Source of the DNA: Nymphaea colorata
Lineage: Eukaryota
Direction of reading: 5' to 3'
DNA length: 64,000 nucleotides
Assembly (NCBI RefSeq): GCF_008831285.2
Contig: NC_045138.2
Span: 2,170,001-2,234,000 of the forward strand
Shown: positions 38,741-50,775 of the stretch, piece by piece
Numbering within the stretch: the stretch's first letter is position 1
How the letters are laid out: each line of letters opens with the position of its first letter
Made by a program: the position numbers and the translations under genes
Notes under the pieces: generated by a model
Databases searched by the model: none
Seen by the model: only the letters and a program-made list of their open reading frames with translations
Told to the model about the DNA's origin: nothing

Positions 38741-39678
38741 ACAAATGATTTTGAAAGATTTAATCCATGAATGATACTCTGTAAGATATTATGAACTACT
38801 ATATTTTTTGTTTTTGGATTCTTAAGAGGAGGTATACTTACCAAAGAAACCTTCATGTGACTATTTTGGTAGTCTAAGGATAGCATGGTTCTGATAGAAT
38901 ATCCAATATTCGATTTTAAATCTGAATTCATGTAGTTGGGTTTGATAAAAATGCATCAGATTAGCATCTTTTCTTACCTCTCATGTCCAATTTTCATGGG
39001 CATCAAGATAGATACTTGTAAAATTTTGAATGAAAACAGTAACAAGTCATTTCATGAATCCACCCTAAAACATGTGACGTAGTATTTCATGAATTTGCCT
39101 CAATATTTATTACTATTTTCACTGTCAAACAGTAGGCTACTCTAAACTCTTGCCCAAAGATGCATTACTTTGGAGAAATTCTTTCAATGAATAGGAAATC
39201 AAGGAATAACTGGTTGGAAGCAGGGGGCACAGAAGGCAGGGGCCATGCCCCTCCCACCAAAAAAAACACCAGTAAATTTGTTTTTTTTTTTAATCTAAGA
39301 GTAATTTAAAATAACTCATTTTGCACATATAAAAATGCTGAAAAATTATATTTTGACTCCTGTCAAATTTTTGAGACTATAATTCGGCACCTCTAATGAA
39401 AATGTCCTATCTTCATGGTTCATGGAAGGCTTCAGGTTTCCATGACTTTTTTAGGACGTTAATGCATTCCTTCACTTTTGGGGACCAAATGAAAACCGAT
39501 TCGGTCTTTTTCAAAATTTCATAAAAGCTCCACAATACCAAGGCTATTTCATATTACAGCTATCTTGCATTGGAAATCAACGTTATTTGAACCTCCCTGA
39601 ATCGGGCGAATTTGAGCCGAGTCAGTGGCAAATTTATTTCTTCTATTCAATGATCGATTCTCTCTTATTATGTTCTGA

Positions 39679-40429
39679 TAAGGATGGGCATCGTGTCAGG
39701 CCGGCCCGGCTCGTTAAAAATAAAAAAATCAAAGCCCGGCATTCAAAACGGGCTGGCCCGAGGCCTGGCCCGTTTTTAAACGGGCCGGACCGGGCCCATG
39801 TAATATCGGGCCTCGAGCTTTGGTTTATGCCCGAGGCCCGGCCCGGCCCGGCCCGATTATTAACGGGCTGGGCCGGGCTTTGAGGCGGGTTGCTACTTGC
39901 TAGCCTCTAGCTCACTCAAAAAATGAGCACGAACTTAAACAATGTGCACTTAATAGAATAATAAAAACAAGAACAACACCAACCAGTAAAAAGTAGTCCT
40001 TTGGAGGAGTACTCGATGCAACCGACGATGAAGCAAGTAGAGCAGTTGATGCCGGCGACCGACGGGAGGACTAGAGGAGGCAGCCAAGGGGCAACGGCCA
40101 ATGAGGAAGACTAGAGGAGGCAGTCTCGAGCTCGCGGCGATGAAATTTCTTAATGAAACGAAAAGAGGAAAAGAAAACCTAACCTATAACCCTAAGTTCC
40201 TAATTCTCCAAGTTCATTTTTTTTAAAGAAAGAAAAAAAAAAACTCATGTCGGGCTTATCGGGCCGCCACCGATCACAGTGGCAGGCCCGGGCCCGGCCC
40301 GGTAATTACCGGGCCGGGCCGAGCCCGATAAACTTGGCCCGGAAACTTTTTTGTCAAGGCCCGGGCCCGGGCCCGTAGCGGGCTGGGTACCGGGTACCCG
40401 GCGGTGGCCCGGCCCGGTGCCCAGGCTTA
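39679..40429. mobile_element. hAT-type MITE with GGCCC-rich subtermini
   Basis: TIRs TAAGGATGGGCATCG / CGGTGCCCAGGCTTA and 8-bp TSD TGTTCTGA (39671-39678, 40430-40437). The empty site is visible in the paralog at ~60320. Confidence 0.92.
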
Positions 40430-40439
40430 TGTTCTGATT

Positions 40440-40870
40440 GTTTAAATATCTTTTTGGACTAAATTTTAATCTTTTGTAAAAAAAGATTTGAATAACTTAA
40501 TTGGCAGATTCTATTCAAGGCAGTGGCACCCGATTCATGATTTGATCCAGTTCAAAGGCCCATTTGTTAGAAAATATTCAAGGTACAATGCTGATCGGAT
40601 CAAAGGAACTGGACTGGAGCCTGGACTGAAAATTAAGAAAAATATATGATCAGAAATCAGTACGTGCGGGAACTTAATTAAATATCATTTATTGCCTAAA
40701 AAAAGTAGCTTATACATGGAAGTAAGTAGAAGAAATAATTTATCCAAATAAGATAAATAGCTGAGGTATCGAAAACAAAGTTCCGCTGAGAAAGAAATGA
40801 AGAAGAAGACAATGGCGAGGAAGGTAGTTGCCCTCTGAGTGTACTTCTTTCTGATTTTAAGCAATTAAGT
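40440..40870 (+). pseudogene. Copy C of the DEFL promoter, 5'UTR and exon 1, with a premature stop
   Basis: GATAAATA at 40752. ATG at 40812 reads MARKVVAL*VYFFLIL against DEFL MAKKVTVIALFAYFLLIS. No exon 2 follows. Confidence 0.85.
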
Positions 40871-41418
40871 TCCTCTAGTAAGTCTTCCATCCAGCGAATA
40901 CAACAAAAGTTAGGCATCATTTTGCTTTTCCGACCTTTGTTTGTCCCACATTTTGATGTTTCTCTGCCTACATACCAAGCAAATAGCTTCCTACATATAT
41001 ATATATATACCTCTCAAAGGACAAAAACATTCTGAGGATGCAAATGGTCGTCAATTTCTCCATTCTATTCATTTCAATGTACTTAAACAAAAAAGCTTAC
41101 TCTTGTTCGGACATTCTCTCCATCGGACATTCTCTCTAGTAATAAGTGGGCAATCGGTTGTCTTCATTTTCCTACTTTCATAATGAAAGAAAAACGCCTT
41201 TACTGTTTGTGTTACATGATCTACTATTAAAACCACTTGGTATGTAATTTTTTTGTGAATTTTTTTCTCTTTAACAGCTTGAGCAAACTCTTCACTTATC
41301 CATCTACTGGGTAGGAAACTACCATACTTTCTTCTCTCATAGAGGGAGAGGGAGGAGGAGAGACAGATCCACAGCTCTTTGTCTTGTCAAATATATAGCA
41401 AATTCTTCACTTATCATC

Positions 41419-43899
41419 CCTCTCCATCTCCTCCTTGCCCTTCCATGATTTAAAGTAAACCGAACGAGTATTTTCTCGAACAGATTATGTAATCGTCAAA
41501 TTCCTCGCCGCATCAACTGTTGTTAACAAATCCATGTTTTTCTCTTCGTGAACATTTCAAATTATTTCCAGAAATAAAATCCGTCCATGCAAATGTTTTC
41601 AACTTTAAATTTAACATTTTGAATAGTAATGAAAAAAAAAAAGAAACGAAAGGAAAGGGTAGTAAACATTGCATAGAAGTATTGCATGCCGTCGGTGAGC
41701 TGGGAACAGAGACAAATTTAGAAGAGATTGGAAGGAGGTGATAGAATAAGCATAAACAGCTTCTCTCCTGTTTGCCTCATTAAAATATTTCTCTTGGGGT
41801 TTTCTTGTTTTCTAGAATTCTAATTGACAAATTCATCCTCCCCTTGTTGACAAATTGCTTTCTATTGAGGGATGCTCCATCAGATCACGGCACCATTCAA
41901 TATCAGAAAAGGAATAAGAAGATTTCCCAATGGATGAGTGTATGTATTTATGGACAATCAGGAATCAGATGCATTGCTTTGTAAAAACTTGTGACAACCA
42001 CCATTACCAACATCACAACACTGAACAACAAGGGAGAGACAGATCGAGGATAAAGACTACAAATGGCAGAACTCTCATCGGACAATGGTACACAGAATGA
42101 TCTCAGACGCCGCTGGGAATTCCATTAATCAACGGATAAACTCAAGATAGAGCTCCTTCTTTGCCCAATTTGGTTTTGTTGCTGGGCACAAAGGTGAAAT
42201 CAAATATAAGCTCCTTCTTTGTCCAATTTAGAAAAATTTATAGGTAGCAAGTTATCTGAGACGGAAGCTGATACGTTGATTGTTGACAAGGGGGTGGACG
42301 ACCAGTCCAAGTTACCCAGACGAATAGGTCAGTGTTCGGGAGTGGCGTTTATGGTAATTGAGGGGATGAGGAGGGGCTGCTTAGGGAGCGAAGCTCTCCT
42401 TTCAAAAAATGGGAGGGTGAAGCGGTCATTGAACATACCTAAACCCCAGGTTAAGCTAATTTGTCGACAGAGGGAACCATGGTTAGACCATCGTTAAGTA
42501 CTAGAAAATGAGGCGACGTGTCTCAAATCACTCGGTGATCCATTGCTCCCATGTTTTCTGCCTCGAGGATTTACATGTAAATTTTAAAAAATGTAATTTG
42601 GCAGAAAACATGGGAGCAATGACGACGTGAAAGCGTGGACTGGATTTTATCAACAGATCACCGATTGATTTCAGACACGTCGTCTCTCATTCTCTCAGTA
42701 CTTAACCATGGTCTAACCATGTTTCTCCACAAATTACCTTAACCTGGGGTTTAAGTGTGTTCACCCTCCCTTTTTTTTTTTTTTGAGAGGAAACGCTTCC
42801 CTCCCTACAGCCCTTCCTCATCCCCTCAATTACCACAAAAGCCACAACCGAACCCTGACCTATTCGTCTCGGTAACTCAGTCCACCCCCATGTCAACAAT
42901 CAACGTATCAGCCTCCGACTCAGATTACTTTCTATCTATAAACTTTTCTAAATTGGATAAAAATGGAGCTTATTTGATTTCACTTTTGTGCCCAGCAACA
43001 AAACCAAATTAACTCAAGTATCAAACTTTTAGATTCACAACCGAATTATGATCCCACGATAACTAAATTGAAAACAAGTCAACAAAGACCAACTAAACTA
43101 CGTCTCTCAGGGCAACCTAAACTTTGATTCAAATAAGAAGAAAAAAGAAACCTACTGCCTTCTCCAATTCTATTGCCCTAGGAAGGCCTTGCTTTAAAAT
43201 TTATGGTTCTAAGTAAATTGAAGATATGAGATGTTGGACATGGGAGTGAGGATCGCCGCCGGCCACTAAGCAGAGCGATGCCGTCCTGAGCAACCAATCT
43301 GAATCCCACGCCACCACCGTCGCTAGCTGCCAGATCGCCGCTTTTCCTTTCAAGGAATTCCCGGTGGCGTCTGAGATCATTCAGTGTACCATTGTCCGAT
43401 GAGAGTTCTGCCATTTGTAGTCTTTATCCTCGATCTCTCTCTTCCTTCTTGTTCAGTGTTGTGGTGTTGGTAATGGTGGTTGTCACAAGGTTTTACAAAG
43501 TCATGCATCTGAATCCTGATTGTCCATAGATATATACACTCATCAGTAAGGAAATCTTCTTTTTCCTTTTCTGAATCAAATGGCGGCGTGATCTGATGGA
43601 GCATCCTCGAATGGTCGTACAGGCTCACCAAGGCATGCAATACTTCTATGCAATGTTTACTAACATTACTAGTTTTTTTTAAAAAAAAATGATTACTATT
43701 CGAAATGTTAAATTTAAAGTTGAAAACATTTGCATTGATGGATTTTATTTCAGGAAATAATTTGAAATGTTCACGAAGGGAAAAAAGTGGATTTGTAAAC
43801 AACAGTTGATGCGGCAACTAATTTGACGATTACATAATGAGCTTGAGAAGATACTCGTTCGGTTTACTTTAAATCCGGAGAGGGCAAGGAAAGGAGAGG
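41419..43899. repeat. ~2.5-kb foldback (long inverted repeat)
   Basis: 41419-42123 pairs with 43354-43899, and 42166-42561 pairs with 42600-43010. The ORF track shows mirrored pseudo-ORFs (41520+/43817- and 42219+/42899-). Confidence 0.92.
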
Positions 43900-44384
43900 C
43901 ACATATCGATTTTAAATCCTACTTTCATAATGAAAGAAAAATGCCTTTAGTGTTTGTGTTGGATGATATACTATCAAAACCACTTGGTATGTCTTTTTAT
44001 GATTTGTTTTTCTTTAATAGTGTCCTTTTTTTGTGCTGTAAAAAATGACACTAATATGCAAATTGAAGCATAGTAAGAGTTTCACCTTCAGGTATCAAAA
44101 GCAGCTGGACCCTAGGAGTGTGGGGGCATACTCCAGCCTTCACTAGGGCGATGGGAATAGCCTCTTGCTCTCCCCATGGGTGCCTTTTGTGAATAGATCA
44201 AGAAACTACATATTGCATGTAAAATATTGTTAATCGGCATTCCTAAAAACCCCAAGAACCTCTACCAATACTAATAAGAAAGTGGAACTTCATCGCTTGT
44301 TTCATGAGGTGGCACCACCCTTGTAGTGCTTGATGGTGTTCTGACACTCTAATATGGAGCAGCACAGCCCAAGCTGACTAGTGT

Positions 44385-44965
44385 GTGTATGTGTGTGAAA
44401 AGGTGGAGGTCTTCTGAGTATTTACTGTCCAGCGGGAGCAAACGCTTCACTTATCCATCTACTGGGTAGGAAACTACCATAATTTCTTCTATTATAGAGG
44501 GAGAGGGGGGAGGAGAGACAAACAAACACATCTTTGTCTTGTCAATCTACCATCTAAAGTGAGCAAATTTTTCACTTATCAGAGCAACCAAAAACCAGTT
44601 TGATAATGTGGTCAACTGAAGCAAATGCTATCAAATTACAACAACCACCTACATGGTGGTTGTTTGTAATTTAGTAACACTTGCTTCTCTTGAGCACACG
44701 TTTGGGGTGGTCTTTTGGTTCTTTTAAGTTGTTCTGCCATGCAATTAACCAAACGTCAGCTCGTGCCCCCTGAAAGGCGAAGGAAAAAATTTCTCTTTAG
44801 ATGATAGTAGATTGGCAAGACAGGGCATCTCCCCCTCCCTCTTCCTATATGGCAGAAGAAATTATGGCTCTTAATTTCCTACACGGTAGATAGATAAATG
44901 AAGATTTTTCTCCCGTTGGACAGTAAAATAGGCACAAGATCTCTTCCTCTCTTTCTCACACTATA
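44385..44965 (+). ncRNA. Imperfect ~580-nt hairpin (unit C, first inner hairpin)
   Basis: TTTACTGTCCAGCGGGAG pairs with CTCCCGTTGGACAGTAAA, and GTCTTGTCAATCTAC with GTAGATTGGCAAGAC. Apex CAACCACC-TACAT-GGTGGTTG at ~44653. Confidence 0.55.
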
Positions 44966-45274
44966 TACTCTGGGGCGGAGCCATAAATTTTTCATGAGGG
45001 GGGCCAAATTAAAGTTTTTAAATTTTGACAAGCACTGAAATATCATTTTTCAAATTTTTTATATAAGACAAGTGAAATATTCTATAGTTATTAGATACCA
45101 ATAAGGGCTGGACCCAAGGGGGATGGATGAATACTTCAGCAAGGCGGACCACATAGGTTCTTGCTGACCCAATGGGTTCCCTTTGAGAATAAACCAAAGT
45201 TAGTCGGCATTGCTAGAACCCCAAAGAAACCCTACCAATAATAAGAAACAAATAGGCCAAGCAAAATGGTGGAA

Positions 45275-45750
45275 GGTGATGGAGGTAGTCAGACTGAGCT
45301 GCTGCAAAAAAGTGGCAGGACTTCCTCGCTTGTTTCATGAGGTGGCACCACCCTTGTAGTGACTGACGGTGTTCTCAGGCTCTAGTCTGGAGCGTTGCAG
45401 CCCCTGCTGACTAGTGTGCGTATATGTGGAGAGAGGTAAAGGTCTTCTGGTTATTTACTATCTAGGGGGAAAAAACTCTTCACTTATCCATCTATTGGGT
45501 AGGAGAAACTATGGCCCTTAATTGCCGAGCTGGTAGATAGATAAGTGAAGACTTTTCTTCTGTTGGATAATAAATAGCTACAAGACTTCTGCATCTTTCT
45601 CTCTCACTAGATACACGTACCCACCAGCATGGGCTGCACTACCTCCAGACTAGAGGGCGATGACACCACCAGAGCGGCATTGCCTCATGAAACACGCAGT
45701 GAAGTCCCACCACCTTTTCACGGCTGCTCACTAAGACTACCTCCATCAAC
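45275..45750 (+). ncRNA. Imperfect ~480-nt hairpin (unit C, second inner hairpin)
   Basis: GATGGAGGTAGTC pairs with GACTACCTCCATC, CTCTAGTCTGGAG with CTCCAGACTAGAG, and TCTTCACTTATC with GATAAGTGAAGA. Loop at ~45498-45531. Confidence 0.55.
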
Positions 45751-48615
45751 TCTATCTTTAGATTTAAAAAAGAAAAAGTTCAAGCTTAGACCCTTGAGAA
45801 GGGGAATGATAGGGCACACCATCCACAAGACTGGCCTGCCTCTCCTTTCTTAGAGGCTGTTAAACTATTTCTTGATTTTCTTCACCCCAGGCAACAAGTT
45901 ATGATAACACATAACTTTTGGTTTCTTTATTAATTCCCTAAGAGAGTGTCCGACATCGTACTGTTATATTGGCCAAAGAAACTGCCTGAAAAGTTGAGGC
46001 AAATTCATGGAACCCTGTAACATAGTGTTTTATAGATTTACCTCAAAAATTTGAGCAGAATTACTGAAAAATAACAGTCTATTATGAATGCCAAACAGTC
46101 CCGAAAGACAAAACATTGGATATTGACGAGGTTCATGAACAATGGAAACAACAATTGTATGCACTGTAAAATTTTGTAGTATCTGAAAATTTGGTGAAGG
46201 TTTTCATAAAAAAAAAAAGAAAAAAAAGTGGCTTTTATAGTCATGCAATACATACCCTAGTGACATTCTTGTCTAATCGAGGAAGTGGGAATTGAAGGTA
46301 AGTTGATTCCAAGATAAGAAAAGTGAAACTTATCCTATGTAGAACTACATTGTTCTTGTTTGACTACAAATTGTTTTCTCATTCAATTGCATGAATTTTA
46401 CTGTAACGAACCCTACAACATATTTTCTTCAACAATCATATCTATCAAACTTAATTTTAACAAATGCAACTAGAAAATGAGATGAGAATTACAGTTCACG
46501 CATGTGAATTGCCAACAAATCATCCTGAAAAGAGAACCATTTCCATATGGTGAAAACGATTTCATACTAATTGGGAGCATTCTCTGGAACTTATTTAACA
46601 TAGCAAAATTATTTACCATTACACCGTTCCCAAATTATATTGCCTTAGAAGAGTACAGGCTTCCAGTAATTGTCAGTTCCGCAACCCCAGTCCTGCTTTT
46701 GTCTGAAATGAAAAAAGGATAGAGAAAATCAATTGAAAAGGAAACAAAATAACATGGTAACCTTCATGAGACAATGACAATAATGTTTAATAAGACAATA
46801 ACGTATCCAATATAGATATATACAATTTGCTCATTTCTCTTGATCTTCAACACTATATCTGCAAAGTATACCTGCAAAAGTATAAGCAGGAAAACAATTC
46901 AATCCTCAAAATACAAAAAACAGGATACTAGAGAGAGAGAGAGATTGAGAGAGATCCATCATTTTAGCTGTGAAAGATTAGAAAATTCAGAGAAACATAT
47001 GCATACCTAGAAAAAAATAGATATGAGTAATACTACTGTCTGTTAAACTTATACCAAGGCTCTTCTAGTTAAAAAAGAAAAACTCAGTGGAGCATCAATT
47101 AACACAAAAATAGAGAGAAGGGCATACCGATATGCAAGTTGAAGTATAGCGAAAGTGTTACCCCAATGCACCGAAAGCAGGCTTGTTGCACTTAAGAGAT
47201 GGGGAGAAGGGTGGGATGCTTCGGCATTTTTGTTGGATGGTAAGATGAAATACTCCTCCTTGATCTTGCTCACCCAACTTTTACCCAGTGCTCTTGCAGA
47301 ACTCAGATCATCTCTTTAGATGAACAATATGGTAAGAGGATTTTTTGCTGTTCTCAGCACTAGACAAGAACGAAAGTACCACTTAAAATAAACCTAAATA
47401 GTAGGCGATCCTAATGCACATGGAAACCCAATCTTTGGTATATTATAGTTTGAATCAATGCCCCTACTAAAGTTCAAACAACAATAAAAAGATTTGAAGT
47501 CGATTTTTTTTCTAGAAGAATTCATTTGGATCATGACAATTTAGCTGAAAACAAACATATTTGTAGGTTATATCATGTAGAAAACGAGAAAATACATGAA
47601 GCACCATTCTTTGGGAGGGCCTACTAACAAGCATTGTGCACAGGAACTCCATCCCCTTTGGCAGAGGTTTGGACCCAAACATTGTTAAGTTGAATCAAAC
47701 GAAAGTTTGGTTTCAAGGATTCATGTTTTCACATGATAACATGGGCACCTGCTTACCTAGCTGGCTTGCTATTTCTTCTTTTTTTTTTCCCTTTTCTTTC
47801 TATTGTGAGACAGTACAACAATGCACTTGATTACTCTGGAGATTCTTTTTTAAGTTTGAAAACACTGAACCAGGTCCTCATAAAAACACATTCTAATCAC
47901 ATAAGTATATTTGTAGGACTCTCCTCAACTTACGTTTGAAAAACGAAAAGGTGCTCATATTTGAAACTATTTCACTGTAATTGTTGCTTCAACTATGGAA
48001 TATGTCAAGCTAAGGTAGGAAGTCAAGTAAAAGTTTGAATCCAGCCACAGAACAATTTAGTTTACGTACCCAAATCTTTACATGTGAGTAATGGATTCCG
48101 ATGTCTGTGAAAATTGCACCTCTAAAATCGGACTTGGTAGGAAAAAAAGATGATCTGATTTACCTTTCTCCACCAAATCCTGACTAATTGAATAAGAATT
48201 TAAAATCCAATATATATAACTGGATTGCATCTGAGTCACTGACATCCTGCATGCCCAGGGGTGGAGCCAAGATAGGGCCCTCTTGGGCCTTGACCCCACC
48301 TCAATGTTTTTTTTTTAATTTATATGTAAATTGCAGAAAATTTCACTTGTTTTATATTAAAAATTTTGGAAAATGATATTTCGGTCCTAATCAAAATTTA
48401 GAAACCTTAATTTGGCCCCCTCATGAAAAATTTGTGGCTTTGCGCAAGTGCAAGCATGATCAGACAACCGAAACTAGCGCATGAAGGTTTCCATGGTGAG
48501 TCTCCCGCCATATTTGCACTTGTGAATCTATAACGTGGAAAACATAGTAGTTGATGATGTCAAATCATAGAGTATTCATTAGGGTTGGCATGCATGTTGT
48601 TTGAGCATGCCTGAA

Positions 48616-48811
48616 CAAGGACGAAGCCAGAAATTTTTCATAAAAGGGGCCAAATTAAAGTTTCTAAATTTTGACTAGGACTGAAATATCATTTTTCAAA
48701 ATTTTTATGTATAACAAGTGAAATTTTTTAAAATATACATGTAATTTTTTTAAAAAAAATTGTTGAGGTGGGCCCAGGGCCCATGTGGCCCTTACCTTGG
48801 CTCCACCCCTC
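48616..48811. mobile_element. 196-bp hAT-type MITE
   Basis: Degenerate TIRs CAAGGACGAAGCC / GGCTCCACCCCTC and 8-bp TSD TGCCTGAA (48608-48615, 48812-48819). Confidence 0.88.
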
Positions 48812-48994
48812 TGCCTGAATCGGGCCGTTTTGAGCCAAGTCAGTGGTAAATTTATTGATATGATTCATTGGCTGATTCTCACTTAAGTTTTTTCTTTAAT
48901 TATTATTATTTTCTTTTTTAATCAGCTACAAAGTTCATTTTGTACACTGCAGGAAGTTCCATTTTTCTCTTAATGGGAGTTCTAGCTCCATCCT

Positions 48995-49400
48995 TGCGAG
49001 AAAATCACACGTTTGATCAAGTACGCTACTGATAGATCTCTCCAGTTATTATGGTGTGTGCTTCTGGAGGAGCGCGCTTGCAAGAAGGAAGTTTGAGCTT
49101 GATGCAAATGGCTAAAATATCTTCTGCTTTATACAATTATCAATCAAATAAAATGTTATTCTATGTATCAATCCTTACATCCCCTACAACTGGTGGAGTG
49201 ACAGCCAGTTTTGGTATGTTTGGGAGATATCATTATTGCTGAACCCAATGCTTGCATTGCATTCAGGGTAAAAGAGTAATTGAACAAACATTGAAGAAGA
49301 CAATACCTGACCGTTCACAAGTAGCGGAGTATTTCATTGTCTGCACTTTCAGTTCCATGGGATCTTTCCCTGCCCTTGAACTTGAACCAAAGAAATTCAA
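48995..49400 (+). pseudogene. accD: Plastid-derived accD 3' fragment (NUPT)
   Basis: [81 protein letters not shown], with frameshifts and an internal deletion. Confidence 0.95.
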
Positions 49401-50140
49401 GTCAAAAAAGTAGTAGAGCAATATATTTAGTTATTCCTAGGCAAAAAATTAGTTCATTTCGTTTATCAGAATTGAAGTAGCAAGGATGGAGCTTTCCTTG
49501 CTGGCATAAAGACAATTTGTAATTGTAGTGAAGTAGTAAGAATCAGAAGTTTCAGAGGATTTTTTTCTCCAGCTCCATCTTTTCTTTTAACTACCTTTAC
49601 TAATGAGTAATCAGATCAGGGACAGACCATTTAGCAACAGAGCAGGATAAAAGATCAAAGTAGTGTCTTTTTCCTTCAGAGAAATCCAAATTAGAGAAAT
49701 CCGAAAAAGCCCCCTCCCCCTTGTTACATATTAAATGTTCCAACCTAACTAAGATATAGAAATCAATATGCAACACTTTTATATCTCCCCAGAATCATTC
49801 ATTTTTAATATGAATCCTTGTTGGATGCAATTATAACTGATCCTTGAGAAGAAATTTGTTTTGAAACATAAGTGAGGAATAAGAATAATAAGATTCTCAT
49901 GCATATATTTTCTAGAAAAGGATGAGTTAGTACACTAATTTCTATTTATTTTAGATCCACATTCTTTGCACTCATATTCTAATAACTTAGAATATAATAT
50001 TAATATACTTATAATTATAATATATAATTATAATAGATATCTTATAACAAAGAGAAGTATCAATTAAAAACACCGAGGCACCGATTCAATGACAGATCTC
50101 AACTTATCCTCTATTTTTATGCCTTTAGTAGGCCTATTAT
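49400..50140 (+). pseudogene. psaI: Plastid accD-psaI spacer and truncated psaI start (same NUPT); psaI ATG at 50089
   Basis: 50089-50136 reads MTDLNLSSIFMPLVGL (PsaI N-terminus), downstream of accD as in plastid gene order. Confidence 0.85.
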
Positions 50141-50159
50141 TTTTATTTAATTCAGATCA

Positions 50160-50775
50160 TTTATGTTTCAGAAAAAAAATTGAATCACTTAATTGGCCGT
50201 CTATGTTCAAAAACCCATTTTGATATTGTTAATTAATTTTGGGACCATGACAAAAATTTGTAATTTTGTTATAAAGAGCAGGCATAGGTATTCTTAGAAA
50301 GTTGGGGTATGACCTTATTGTGATCAGTGCCATGGGCGCCTTTAGAAGGCAGTGGCACCTGGTTCGTGATCTGATCCAATTCAGCCTCTATATTAAACTA
50401 GGTCCAATCAGATAACAGGATTGGACCAATATATAGGATCCAGTGCCATACTGATGGGATCCACACAAAAGAAGATATATTGCTGGCATGAGCTGGACTG
50501 GAGCATGGACTGCTACTCTGACCCAATGACGACAACCTTTACATTGAAATTAATAAAAATTAAGAAAAATATAGTAGCAGAAATCATGATAGGTGTGAAC
50601 TTAATTAAATATCATTTATTTTGTAAAAAACATAGCTCACACATGGAAGTAAGTAAATGAAATAATTTCTCCAAATAAGATAAATAGCAGCACTGTGGTA
50701 AAGAGAACCACAGTGAATTAGAAAGGTCTGCTGAGAAAAGAAAATAAGAAGATGATGGCGAAGAAAGTAAATGAC
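50160..50775 (+). promoter_or_regulatory. Copy D of the DEFL promoter, 5'UTR and first five codons (MAKKV)
   Basis: AAGATAAATAGCAGCAC at 50677. The UTR CCACAGTGAATTAGAAAGGTCTGCTGAGA matches DEFL CCACAGTCGATTGGAAAATCTGCTGAGA. ATGGCGAAGAAAGT at 50755. Confidence 0.85.

Noticed and set aside
44795..44825. ATTGGCAAGAC in the hairpin right arms (also ~52085, 55820, 62075) and GTGGGCATGAGG...TTGGGTAA at ~51755 resemble miR482/2118 or NBS P-loop sites
   Set aside because: Only ~10 nt match or several gaps are needed, and the flanks do not translate to NB-ARC. Not a credible target site or precursor by eye.
49051..49242. accD as a functional or bacterial gene
   Set aside because: It is frameshifted, partly deleted, and followed by plastid spacer and psaI, so it is a NUPT.
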